Shown here in pieces: positions 15,296 to 28,149 of a DNA stretch of 64,000 nucleotides. Positions within the stretch are counted from its first letter, which is position 1, and each line of letters starts with the position of its first letter. The stretch spans positions 47,182,001-47,246,000 of the forward strand of contig OX597815.1 of assembly GCA_951406725.2 (NCBI GenBank), in the 5' to 3' direction. The position numbers and the translations under genes are program-made. The stretch is from Octopus vulgaris (lineage: Eukaryota). Below the pieces are notes generated by a model. The model worked only from the letters and a program-made list of their open reading frames with translations. It was not told the origin of the DNA and did no database searches.

Positions 15296-15899
15296 CATAT
15301 TTTTAATGGCTACATTAGCGAAGAAGGGTAGATGCCATGATTTATTCCAAGGTTTTCAAGGTTGGTGGAGAAAGAAGAGAAAATCTTATTTCTTAATAGA
15401 GCAGGACGTAAGATGAATGCGTCAAGATGTATTACCATAATTTCAAAGGTATAGACTGAATGAAGGAAAGCAAGGCAGCAGTGTAAAACAAAGTGATAGA
15501 TTATGAATTCATGTGTAAGAGACCAAGAATTCAAACGTGGAATTATTGACCTCCCTTTATGAAACGATTTTCAAGAACTGCTCGATATACCTATTTAGAC
15601 ATCACGTGGTCACGTGACCGACCAGGCTATCTCCGTTGGCTAGGCGAGCAGGCCAAAAAAATCTCCCTGATCAAAGATGAACTAGAGCAATGTGAAATAA
15701 ATTGTTTTGTTCAAGAACGCACTGCGCTACCCAGTCAGGGAATCGAACCCACGATCTAGCTATCTATCATGCAACAACCTAGCCACTAGGCCACGCACCT
15801 TCACCATTTAGATATGCAATATTTAGACATACGATATTAAATTGTCCTATCGTTATATTTTCTATAATCCTCTCGTCGTATTCGTGATTATCAAACTAT

Positions 15900-16065
15900 C
15901 TTTTATATTTAACTTGTTTCAGTCATTAGAATGTGGCCATGCTGGAGCAACGCCTTACAGAATTTTTGTCGAATGAATCAACTCCAGTACTTATTTTTTA
16001 AAAACCTGCTATATATTGTATCGGTTTCTTTTGCCGAACTGCTAAGTGATAGCAGTTCGGCAAAA
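15900..16065 (-). mobile_element. Family B SINE 3' fragment ending in a 16-bp fold-back
   Basis: ACTTGTTTCAGTCATT..GGCCATGCTGGAGCA. Hairpin at 16029-16065. Confidence 0.75.
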
Positions 16066-16113
16066 CCACATACTCACACTGAAGACTTTGCTTTGTCCTT
16101 TTTATATATTCGT

Positions 16114-16640
16114 TTAGACAGGTTCTTTCACTCCCATCATACATGCTATAGACTTCCATCTTTTACGAAACACACTTTGCGACAGGCATTTCCTCTCCAG
16201 CCTTATTTTCCGTTTCATGTGGAAAACGAAGTCAATTAGCTCGAGACTGGAGATGAACATGCTTGTTGCAATTCCTTTCACTCTCATCTTCCATACTATC
16301 TCTTTCGCAATATCAACTACCGAGAGAAAACAAGCTTGCTCCTCCCTATTCAGGGAGGTCGGTAGAATGATCTTAATTACAGATTCGCTCGACAGTTGTA
16401 CTCTTCTCGAATACGACAGCAGGTGTTCGACATAAGCCCAGAGCTCAGTCACCTTGGAGCATTGCACAATCGCGTGCAGGACAGTTTCACTGTCCTGCTC
16501 GCATCTTGCACAAACCGGCGAAGGCGCACACCTATGTCTAATGAGCTTATCTCGATCCGGTAAAGCTCCTCTGTAACATTGCCAGGCCAGAGACTTGTCG
16601 GCTACCTAAGGAACGCGAACACACATTTTCTGTCAGCACA
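16114..16640 (-). pseudogene. L1/Tx1-like LINE ORF2 C-terminal fragment (zf-RVT-type CCHC)
   Basis: The minus frame reads ALPVRDKLIRH..PVCARCEQDSETVLHAIVQCSKVTELW..IAKEIVWKMR. Confidence 0.8.
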
Positions 16641-16674
16641 ATTCTGTCAGCACGCCGCTTTACATAGGAAGTTA

Positions 16675-16985
16675 TAAATATTGATTTAAAATTCTGGCAC
16701 ACAGCCAGCAATTCCGGAGGAGTAGGTAAATCGGTTACATCAACCCCAGTGTTCAACTGTTACTTATTTTATTGACCCTCAAAGGATGAAAGACGAAGTC
16801 AACCTTGGCGGAACGCAAAGACGGACTAAATGTTGCTAAGCATTTTGCCCGGCGCGCTAATTATTCTACCAACTAGTCACCTTATATAAAGCTATAAATG
16901 TCAGTTCTAAATTTTGCACAAGGCCAGCACTTTCTGGTGGAGTGGGGGGTAGGCCAATTACATCGGCCCCATTGCTCAATTGAAA
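16675..16985 (-). mobile_element. Family A SINE plus a partial second copy
   Basis: AAGGATGAAAG..AAGTCAACCTTGGCGGAA..GCTAAGCATTTTGCCCGGCG. Confidence 0.75.
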
Positions 16986-17050
16986 AGCCGCTAAGTATTT
17001 AGATGTTTTTTCGTCGTTTTTGTTACTCGCGCTCTCTTTTTCTTTCTTTT

Positions 17051-17117
<67 letters not shown>

Positions 17118-17653
17118 AACGTCAAAATCGCCGCCTCAAATAAAAAGCTATGAATATTAGCACGTAAAATATTGGGTTAAAAATCCCTTTGGATTGAAAG
17201 AATTCGAAGGCCGCCTATGGGACGCGAAACCAAATCTTCTGTGAACATCACAGATGCACTACCATTATACATCTTTCGTCCAATGTGATATTTAATCAAT
17301 ATTCCACATGCTATTATTTATAATTTTATCTACTCCGAGTCCTATTGTTAAAACGATGCATTTCATATCTCAAGAAGTTTCTAGGTTGTTATGGTGTAAA
17401 CAAATGAATGTCCGTTTTGTCAACTAACATGTGTCTTGAAGTACATGGTGTGGGCTATAAATAAGACAACAATACTTTATTTTCATATACATGAACTCGA
17501 AATATAATCAACAATTATTTTTTTCTTTTTCCTGTTTATTTCCTTCTTTCAGTTTACCCTTTAGGTCTTTTTTAATGTCAATGAATTTGAATTCAGATTT
17601 ATTATAAACAACTCTAAATTTGCTTTCAAATATCCAATTTTAACGTAAGTTTT

Positions 17654-18040
17654 GAGTGGCTGAGTGGTAAGAAGCTTGCTTACCAACCACATGGTTCCGG
17701 ATTCAGTTCTACTGCGTGGCACATTGGGCAAGTGTCTTCCGCTATAGCCTCAGGCCGACCAAAGTGATTGTGAGCGAATTTGGTAGACGGAAACTGGAAG
17801 AAGCCCGTCGTATATATAGATGTATATTTGTGTGTCTCTGTGTTTGTCCCCCCCACCACCACCACCACCATCGCTTGACAACCGATGTTGGTGTGTTTAC
17901 GTCCCCGTAACTTAGCGGTTCGGCAAAGGAAACCGATAGAATAAATACTAGGTTTACAAAGAATAAGTCCTGGGGTTGATTTGTTCGACTGAAGGCGGTG
18001 CTCCACCATGGCTGCAGTCAAATGACTGAAATAAGGGTAA
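17654..18040 (+). mobile_element. tRNA-derived SINE, family B (internal TG/TA repeat)
   Basis: GAGTGGCTGAGTGGTAAGAAGCTTGCTTACCAACCACATGGTTCC...GGGCAAGTGTCTT...GCAGTCAAATGACTGAAA. Multiple copies occur in the window. Confidence 0.9.
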
Positions 18041-18799
18041 CACTAAAAGAAATAATACTAAATTTAGTATACATACACACATACGCACACACTCTCACAA
18101 ATCTCTACTCAGAGATAAAATCAGATGCATATTTTTCATCATACGAGTTTTCTTCAGTCTACGAGATAAATATCAGAATTATTAGTTATTTTCTTTAGAA
18201 AGCGCTTGACAGACGCTCTATTTATAATTTGTATAAACACAGCCTTTTGAGCGTTATACGCCTCTCACTTATTTGAAGATTATTAATATTTTTAATCATA
18301 TTTTATTTCTTGTTTTGAATTCGTTTTACTTACTTCTTCTCATTCATTAGAATACTATCGCTAAATAGAATTACTCATTTAGTACTTTAAGCGAAGAAAA
18401 TTTATAATTGTGTGAGAGTGAAACTTCGAAATATATAAATATTATTTTGACTTTGCAGTCCCTGTTATCTTTTATTCAGTGCATTTTATGTGTACTCAAG
18501 ATGATAAACACATACAATGAATGATTATAAATGCGTGCGCAACCCTGTCTTTGCTGAGGTTTATGTTTACGGTGCAAACAACAATGTTTTTGATGTTAGT
18601 GTTGCTAATAATAGGTGCTGGTTATTCGCTGTGCCGTAACTGAATTGGTGAATGAAATCTGTTTCTTCGCTAAATAAAGAAAAAACTGAACAACATCAGC
18701 AAATTTTTAACAGAAAGTTTTATAGTCGCACATAAAGACAATCTGCGTTGGCCATTTACAGTAAACGACAGTCATAATTACAGACTGAAAGAGGGAGAG

Positions 18800-18990
18800 A
18801 TACTACTCTGAGATTGCAGAAAGCTATTGGTACGGTGACATGCTGTTTGCCCAACGTGTCTGAAATCAACTGCACTCTCTTCGTGGTGACGCAGGTCCTG
18901 GGTCATCAGTTCTTGCCCATCTTCGTTGGCTGTCTGCCAAGTAAGAATGAAGACAAATGTCACTCAGTTGCCTCAACATTCTGCAAAGAG
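18800..18990 (+). pseudogene. Possible MULE (Mutator) transposase remnant
   Basis: Frameshifted translation YWYGD..NQLHSLRG..QFLPIFVGCLPSKNEDK resembles the MULE domain pattern W.xDGTF..QLYT.H..P..Y.LLP.K.E. Confidence 0.5.
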
Positions 18991-19354
18991 TTTAGTTACC
19001 AAAGTGGTCTTTTAGAGGGTACAAAAAGAAGATTCTAGAAGATTAAATCACGCTGGTTGGTTGTTTAATAGGCCAATCACATGAAACGTGAACCAGAAGT
19101 CACTGGTTTACTAAGTGTCCGGTGGTCTACTTTTAATTTATACATTAATTCAATACATTTTTACGCCTGTTGGAATATTAAACAATATCTAATTGTATCG
19201 TAATTAAGCACCTGTTGACTAAATGATGTAGTCTAAATATAAGGTAAAACACGTAAGAGTAGTGAATAAATGCATGAATTTATCCCCAGACATGTTGTTT
19301 CTGTATGCCACTGTATTCAGGCTATCGAAGGAAAAGCACAACAGAATATTATCT

Positions 19355-19850
19355 TTTATCTTTTACTTGTTACCGTCATTAAACTGCGGCCATGCAGGGG
19401 CATCTGCCTTGAAAAAATTTGGTCGGATATATCGACCCCAGCATTTATATTTTCAAAGCATGCTACTTTATTCTATTAGACTCTTTCGCCGAAACGCTAT
19501 TTTACAGGAAGGTCTAGCCGGGGGTGAGGAACAAATTCGGATACAAAGATAATAATCAAACACGCGTAAAAATGTATTGAATAGACGTATGAATTTATCT
19601 CCTCTCCCCGTATCTCTCTTCCTATGTGTGCGTGCGTGTGTGTGTGTGAGAGAGAAAATATATCCATACACACGCACGCACATACACACTCCCACACAAC
19701 CGGCTTCTTTCAGTTTCCGTTCACAAATCCACTCACAAGGCTTTTGTTAGCCTGGGGCTGTAGTAGAAGCCACTTGCCCAAGGTGTCTTGCAGTTGGACT
19801 GGATCCAAAACCATGTGGTTGTGGAGAAAGATTCTTACCACATACCCATT
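19355..19850 (-). mobile_element. Family B SINE, diverged
   Basis: CTTCTTTCAGTTTCCGT..AAATCCACTCACAAGGC..CACTTGCCCAAGGTG. Confidence 0.8.
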
Positions 19851-20026
19851 CTGTTTCTCTGAGCAGGGGTATCCTTCGAGCTATAAAAGAATATACGGAA
19901 TTCTAAACTTTGGTTGTATGTTATGCTGTGTATATTAGATAAGTGTGTGTGTTTGTTCTATGTAAAATAGAACATTAAAATGATTAAACATTAAATGAAA
20001 GAGCGCTCAATACATTCAAATAGGTT

Positions 20027-20743
20027 AAGGCGGCGAGCTGGCAGAAACGTTAGCACGCCAGGAGAAATGCTTAGTGTATTTCGTCAGCCGCTACGTTCTG
20101 AGTTCAAATTCCGCCGAGGTCGACTTTGCCTTTCATCCTTTCGGGGTCGATTAAATAAGTACCAGTTACGCACTGGGGTCGATATAATCGACTTAATCCA
20201 TTTGTCTGTCCTTGTTTGTCCCCTCTATATTTAGCCCCTTGTGGGCTATAAAGAAATAAGAATAGTTAATACGCCGGGTGAAATGCTTAGCCGCATTCGT
20301 CCGTCTACGTTCTGAGTTGAAATTTCGCTGAGGCCAACTTTCGAAGTCGATAAAATAAGTACCATTTGAGTACAGGGGTCGATGTAATGGACTTAATCCC
20401 TCTCCGAAATTGCTGGCCTTGTGCCAAAAGGTAAAATCAATATATTAATCAATATATATTTAAATAGTTTAGCACGCTGAGCGAAATGTAATCGACTTAC
20501 ATCCGCCCCCGAAATTGCTGGCCTTGTACTAAAATTTGAAATTACTATATTTAAATAGATTAAGGCGGTGAGCTGGCAGATTTATTAGCGCGTCTGGCGA
20601 AATGTTTAGCGATATTTCGTCTGTTTTTAAGTTTTGGATCGATAAAATAAGTATCAATTGAACTCTAAGTTTGATGTAATTGAGTCATCCACCTCCTTGA
20701 AATGGCTGGCCTTGTACCGAAATGTGAAATCAGTGTATTTAAA
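20027..20743 (+). mobile_element. Tandem array of four family A SINE copies or fragments
   Basis: Full copy at 20027-20240, then units ending GCTGGCCTTGT..AAA..ATATTTAAATAG. Confidence 0.85.
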
Positions 20744-21133
20744 TCTATATATATAAAAGTGAAGTTGTGTGAGTGTCTGTCTCCTACGATTTAGATTCCT
20801 AACTACTCCCACATTTTGGGGTGCAGTTTAACCAAATTCGGGTATCTTATAGTCGTGATTTATATCGAGCCCGTCTGGGTATTAGCACGCGTCTACGATG
20901 AGTCTACGATTTTAAAAATAATTTACCATCATTTTTTCCATTTTCATGCATATTTTTTAAAGGGAAGTAACTCTCTAAAAATGTCTACGATGAGTCAACG
21001 ATTTAAAAAAAAATTTACCATCATATTTTTTCCATTTTTTATGCATTGTTTTGCTATTTTTTGGCCATAACTCTAAAAATGCTGTATAGTTATTTCCCTT
21101 ACAAACCCGAGCAACGCCGGGCGATACTGCTAG
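20744..21133 (+). mobile_element. Non-autonomous Helitron
   Basis: 5' TC(TATAT), 3' CTAG, subterminal hairpin CCCGAGCAACGCCGGG, inserted between A and T with no TSD. An internal duplication is present. Confidence 0.85.
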
Positions 21134-21219
21134 TAGAATATAAAATTCATTTTTACAAAGATAAAAGATGATGTTGATGCAATTTTTTACGTAACGGTTT
21201 ATTTATGTAAATTGAGAGA

Positions 21220-21267
<48 letters not shown>

Positions 21268-22739
21268 AAGTAACAAAAACGACGAGAAAACATCTAAATA
21301 TGTATTATTGCTTGGCGCAAATGTAACATTCATGAAACCTCAAAAGCAATCCAATTAGCGTTGTATCTAAAACAAGTTTTTTCTACAATAGCCTCAGATT
21401 GATACAAGCATTGTGTGTAGAGCTGAATATATGCAAAATTCATCAACACCCGTCGGACTGACTACATCACTGATTCGGAGGTTTTGATCTAGTCACTCAC
21501 TGCGATGCTGACGTTGCTTAGGAACTACGTTAAGGAATACACGTGTCCTTTGGAATTCTCAGTCACATACGTGCCACCTTATTGAAAACGTAACACAGTC
21601 AAACTACTGAATACTCACGACAACAATCTACAGGAGATTCATTTACACCTGTTAAGATTGGCTACTGTTCTCTTATACATGAAGTTTCGCGCCGACCAAG
21701 CCTTTGGGCATTTATTAGGTGGCACTTTAAAAAAAGGATTTGTTCGTATCACTACGTGTAAATATAATCACTCTGTGTGTGTGTGTGTATGTGTGTGTGT
21801 GCTTTATATATAGATATAGATTGCGTATAGTATGTATGTATGTAAGCATGTATGTATGTATGTATGTATGTATGTATGTATGTATATATATATATATATA
21901 TATACAAACATACATACATACATATAAATATGTTTACACATACATATGTATAGATACATGTATGTATATATACATACACACACATATTTTTATATATATG
22001 CATATATATATATGTATATATATATATGTATTATATACCCCCCCACACACACATATATGTATGTAATTATGTCTGTGTCTTTGTATATATGTGCTTTGTT
22101 AATCTACATACATCCACACACATTTTCATATCTGCCTACCTCGTTACTTACAAACGTATCCAGTTACCTTACACATCCATAGCATAACGCTGTCCATGTA
22201 AGATAATTTGATCTGCAGTGATTTTATCAACGCTTTCATTCACTGAACTTTGACATAATGAAATCAACACTAATTTTGTTCTATTGGTGGTGATGTTAGC
22301 AAGGCTAGGGCAAGGCGAGCAGAGGTAGTGGAAAATATACTGCTGAATGTTTCAGTAAAAAAAAAAATAACTATAGCGACAGCGGGTATAGGAGAGGTAA
22401 GGGTAGTGTCAGCAGGGTGGAAGTTTAGATAACGGTATTGAATATGATGTTGTCGTAGGTGATGTTTCTCGCATGTGGATTCACCGGCATTGTTGTTGGT
22501 TTTTTGCTCGAAGTCAGTTCTGGTTGAGCAGACCTACGATTAATTGCATTCCATATGTGGCAATCCCGTCTTTTTTTTTGGTTTTGTTTGGTTTTTTGCA
22601 TATATGCTGGCAAAGGACGGTGCCACTATCTAACGTTTTCATTCTTTTTAAGACTGTAGGACGTGATTTGAAGAAGGTTCAACTGTTATTTGTAGCAAGT
22701 CGAGTTACTACAAAAGAAGCTACCATGTTGGTCAGAGGG

Positions 22740-23120
22740 GATAATACTGGTTGTGGTGGTAGTGGTGGTGGTGGTAGTTGTAGTGGCTGTAGCGGTATGG
22801 GATGGTAGTGATAATACTGGTAACGCTAGGTGACACAGTGGTGGTGATGGTGGTGGCGGTGGTTGTAGTGGTAGTTAGTGGTGGTGGTTGTGGTTGGTGT
22901 TAGTGGTGGCTGGGGTAGTGGTACGGATAATATTTGTTCCGGTAGTGGCAATGGTTTTGGCCGAGATACTGCTGGTGGTGGTGGAGGCAGCGGTAGCAGC
23001 ATAGTGTTTATTAGATAGCAGTGCAAGGAGATGGTGGTGGTGGCGGCGGCGGTTTTAGAGGGGATGAGGGGAAAGGATTCTGTAGTGACAGAGGCAAGGG
23101 TACTTACTAGTTGTAGTTGC
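22740..23120. repeat. Degenerate (GGT/GTA)n low-complexity region
   Basis: Direct reading. Confidence 0.8.
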
Positions 23121-23626
23121 ACGAACTAGTCATGGGAGTCATCTCGGAAGATTAGATAAGGCAAGACTCAACAGCAGAAACAGGATCATCGCTGTCGACA
23201 ACAACAAGAACAGAAAAAATGAAAATTGAGCCTCCAGAGAATTTAGGAACCTTTACATGGTCACTTGTTTGCTCAGAAATAACGGCCAACAATCCTGAAA
23301 CCATAACTCAGGAAAAAGGCACAATAAATAATGCAGTCCGAGGTAGTTTTATAGATTACAGGTTAGTCATGGTTGGAAACTTAGTCTTCTCGATCATCAT
23401 CATCATCATCAACAACAACGACAGAAGCATTAGGAAATGTATCAGATCTCTGTCAAATTATTCAACATGAGAGGTAAAAATACACCAGGAAGAACTCTTC
23501 AAAAACCTGTTCTCTCTTCTTGGTTGACCTAGTTTTCTGGTCCTTTGACCCTTCTGGCTGAATAATAACAGACTTATTCTTTCAGAATTCAAATTCCATT
23601 CAAATGGGAGAAATATTTTTGCATTC

Positions 23627-23850
23627 TAAGGCAGCGAACTGGCAGAATCGTAAGCAACGCCTGACGAAATGCTGCTAAGCATTTCGTCCGTCTTTACATT
23701 CTGAATTGAAATTTCGCCGAGGTCGACTTTGCCTTTCATCCTTTCGGGATTGATAAGAGAAGTAACAGTTGAGTACTGGGGTCGGTGTAACCGACTTACT
23801 CCCCATCCCCGAAATTGCTGGCCTTGTGCTAAAACTTCAAACCAATATTT
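23627..23850 (+). mobile_element. Family A SINE
   Basis: AAGGCAGCGAACTGGCAGAATCG...GAGGTCGACTTTGCCTTTCATCCTTTCGG. Confidence 0.88.
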
Positions 23851-23922
23851 TTGGATTCTGATCACAGATTGATCTTTCAGATTGTGAAAGCAAGTCAGAG
23901 TTTAAATTTAAGGGGTATCTTA

Positions 23923-23975
23923 AAACTCTGACGAAGATAGAATTGCTTTGACTTACTTAACTATCTGAAAAAGGT
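23923..23975 (+). ncRNA. Hammerhead relic: core and stem II intact, stem III lost
   Basis: CUGACGA, AGAUAG..CUAUCU, GAAA. There is no stem III or NUH site. Confidence 0.4.
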
Positions 23976-25289
23976 TATAATTAAGGGTTACCCAGCCTTC
24001 ATTCATAATAATAAAATCTGATAAGTACGATGTAATTATCACTGTTTCGGGTTGTAATGGTATCGTGATTATCTTCAGCATTTATCAAGTTAGTTATAGA
24101 TAATGGTTATCAAATTAGGGAAGAAGACCTGAAATTGGTGGGAGGGACTACAGGGACCCCTGTACTCATCTAGTACTATATTTTATCGATCCCAAAAGGA
24201 GGAGAGTTGATCTTTGAGTGATTAGAACTCATAACGCTACTAAATGCTATAATGTCTGGGTCCATCGATATTGTATTACTTTGTTCCATAAGCTGGATGC
24301 TTTTCTTCAAGGTTTCATTGATAAAGTTGATAAACATACACAGAAATCGAAGGACAAGAAACGCCAGTACGGAGAGACCCAATTTGGTAAAACACTGTCA
24401 TTGCGGAATTTGAAGTGACATGAAGCAATCGGGGGAGATTTTTCATCAGTTTATTGGGCAACACTTTGATACAAAGGGGCTGATTCGAGCTTCTTCGATA
24501 TTGCAGATTGACTCGGTGGCCACCGACGATTCTCGGTAGCAGAGGAAACAATCGCTATATTTCAAACATTTAATATTTGCCCTTATTGGAAACAATTGCT
24601 TATGGATGGTTAGCTTAATTAATTCATAAACACTAAACTTATGCATTTTTGTCTTGTACCAAAGAAAAATACAACCAGTATTTCACTCAGAGTATTCCTT
24701 GTAGCAGAAATAATACTCTGAGAAAGTATAAATAAATGGAATATTTTCCTTCAGGGTTTTAACAACAAAGCGGTATTGTGTAGTATATTAAATGTTTTCT
24801 TCAAATTAATAAATCAGATAATAAAAAATGTAATTAGCTGAAACTGAACTTTGAGACATTTGACAACATCAGCTACAAAATTTCGATTATTATACACGTG
24901 AATGCGGGGTGGCGGGAACATTCAGCTATAAACAAGATAGAATTAATTCAAACAACAAAATATAAATGTAAGTTTAATCTCTGGAAGGAATTTTAAAGAA
25001 ATGTGGTTGATAAAGGTATATTGCTAAATGTTTGTCTGTTTCTTATACAAAAACGTTTCTCTTGAGAGCAGTAACTCGTGTATTTGTTGATTTTAAATAA
25101 TGTATTTTGTGAAAGTAAAAATAAATATGATAAAAGAGAGAAAAAATTCTGACAGTAAGTTAGAAAATTTGAATGTTCCGAAACTGTATTCAATAAAAAA
25201 CAGATCAACAAGAAAAGTATGTATGTATGCATTTGTATATGTATGTATAAATGTATGTATCTTTGTAAGTTTGAGTGTATGTACTCATG

Positions 25290-25362
25290 CACACACACAC
25301 ACACACACACACTGTGTGTCTCAAACACACATGCATATATGTAACTAATAATATTAATGTAC

Positions 25363-25415
<53 letters not shown>

Positions 25416-25418
25416 GTT

Positions 25419-25483
<65 letters not shown>

Positions 25484-25568
25484 TAATGCGCATTCTTATT
25501 ACAAACCACACAATCTCACACATAAATTCTCTCTTTCACACTGCCTCCCTCTTTTTCCCGAATATCTA

Positions 25569-25612
<44 letters not shown>

Positions 25613-26274
25613 TGTGCATGCGTGCCTCTCTGTGTGTCTATGTGTGAGCTTATGTATGTGTGTCTGTGTGTGTGTGTATGCGTGTGTGTGCGTTTCTGAT
25701 ATTACAAATATTGTGATCTTGCATTTTTATTCCTATCAATATCTCTCAGCCCCCTCCTCCCTAATTTCCATCACTTACATCTATATACGAGCATATTCGT
25801 ATATTTCATATTTACATAGATCTAAAATAACGGTCTATGTATGGCTTTGTGCGTGTATAATTTACTTGCGTTTTCGTATGTTTGTGTGTGTTCGCGCACA
25901 CATTTGTGCGTGTGTGTGCGCGTGCGATTGGATAGAGTTTATCCATTTTTAATACACAGAATAGAATAAATCCGAAATTCAATTGCACCAAAAGGAAAAA
26001 AAATGTAAAGAGCTCAGATATCAAATTATGATAAAATTTAAAAAAAACACATACAAAAAAGCGTTTCTTATATACAGGTACGTACGTACACATTTACATG
26101 CATCTATTATGTATGTATGCATGTATGTACGTACGTATGTATGTATGTATGTATGTATGTATGTATGTATGTATATATGTATGTATGTCTATGTATTTGC
26201 GTATGTATGTATGTATGCATTTATGTACTATGTATACATGCATGTATACACACACACACACATATATATGTATA

Positions 26275-26337
<63 letters not shown>

Positions 26338-26750
26338 TCACTTTCATTTTCATACAAAGTAAATCAATGAAAAACTCATAAATTGCCAATAAAAAAAGAC
26401 AAACATAACCCACACACTTAGACATACACACACACACACACACATTCTTCATTCCTATATGCATACATACATGCATGTTAGCATATATGTTTACATACAT
26501 ACGTCCAAATTGTGGAAACATCCACCACCAAACACACACACCTATATAACTGTGATTACATACATATATACATATATATACATACACACGTGTGTGTGTG
26601 CGTGTATGTGTGTGAGTGTATGTATGTTTATGTGAGTAAATATATAATTATATACATACGTATGTATGTATGTATATATTTATGTATGTATGTATGTATG
26701 TATGTATGTATGTATGTATGTATGTATGTATGTATGCATGTATGTATGTA
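25290..26750. repeat. Microsatellite-rich block: (CA)n, (TA)n, (TAA)n, (TG)n, (TATG)n
   Basis: Direct reading. Confidence 0.9.
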
Positions 26751-28093
26751 GAAACCAATATGCACTGACGTACAGACAGATAATAATACACTCACACGAG
26801 CGGGCCACACTAACATGAAATATCTCATTGTAAAGACCTCTGTGTTCGGCGCCGTTCAAACTTATTCACTTTTCTCTTTGTGACTCCAAATTATTTGCAA
26901 GTCAATACATTTCAAACTTGAAGATTTTACAGAGAAAAATCTTAGTTTCCTTTTTATAGTTGCATTTGTTGTTGCTGACGATGATAATGGTGATGATGAT
27001 GATGACTCTATTGTTGCTGCTGCTGTTATTGATATTGTTGTCTTCGTTGTAAATATGGCCGCCGTGGTGGACTGATTGAAATGTGTTATTGTTTCTTTAA
27101 GATATTACAGTATCTATTACGAATAAACAATATCTATTCTGAACTATCCCTTTGTTGTTGTTATTGTTGTTGTTGCTTTTTTTTATCATCCCCTAGAACT
27201 TGAAGCAAGATACTTATAAAGAATATCGAATATGACTAATTCTAAAAGTTAGGTTCAATTCTTTGTGTAATGTGACATCCGAATCAAGCGATAAGTATAA
27301 AGTAAAACGTTATTACATAACTGGACTATTTGCTCTGTATTCTTTGACTAGTTTTTCTTTATGTCAGTTATTTTCGTTCTCGTATCTATTACACAACTAT
27401 GTCAGTTTTGATGATATTTGAAGCCAGTTTCTCACTCAAACACGAGTCAAACGATTCTACGATTAAAGACACCCCAGATATTTCCATTATACCATAATCT
27501 AAGAACATGAATTTCTTGTTCATTATTTGCTGATGTTCAGCTCTCGGTCATCTTTGGTAAAAGAGATTTATTATCAAACGCATTGTAACCATCCATTTAT
27601 TTTCAAATACTGAGGAGCGAATCAATTAATAATGCAAAACATTCTACATGCCTTTTTAATAAACATATTGTTGAAACCTCGCTTAAAAAGCTAAAGAAAC
27701 TGTCTGCTCCATAAGATTTAGGATATTACACAGGCTGTTTGAGCTATATCCGAGTTTGTATACAGTATAAATAACCAAAAACAATCCGAAAAAACCCGCC
27801 ATTTACATAGATGTGTAAAGAGTGAACATTTCTATATGCTACGTTGGATACATTGGTTGTTCATCTGGTATTTTGATTTTGTTCATTCGTTATAAATCTT
27901 GAATTATGCTTGCACTGAGGACTAAAATGTGCATTACTGCACTAATTATGAAATCACGGTGATATACAGCTAAATTCTGTTTTTAAATGGCTTGCTTCGA
28001 GAGTTGCATTCGGTACGATATGTTTATTTATTTTGGTAGTTTTGACTTTAAGAGTCCCCCCTGTCATGTGGAATTTATGTATAGTAATGCCCT

Positions 28094-28146
<53 letters not shown>

Positions 28147-28149
28147 CTT

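Noticed and set aside
17654-17730. tRNA-like A/B boxes at SINE heads
   Set aside because: They are part of multi-copy SINEs and do not form complete cloverleaf tRNA genes.
24200-24700. Possible hAT-like remnant; similar weak hints at 12500-12780 and 55900-56900
   Set aside because: The peptide similarity is too weak to call by eye.
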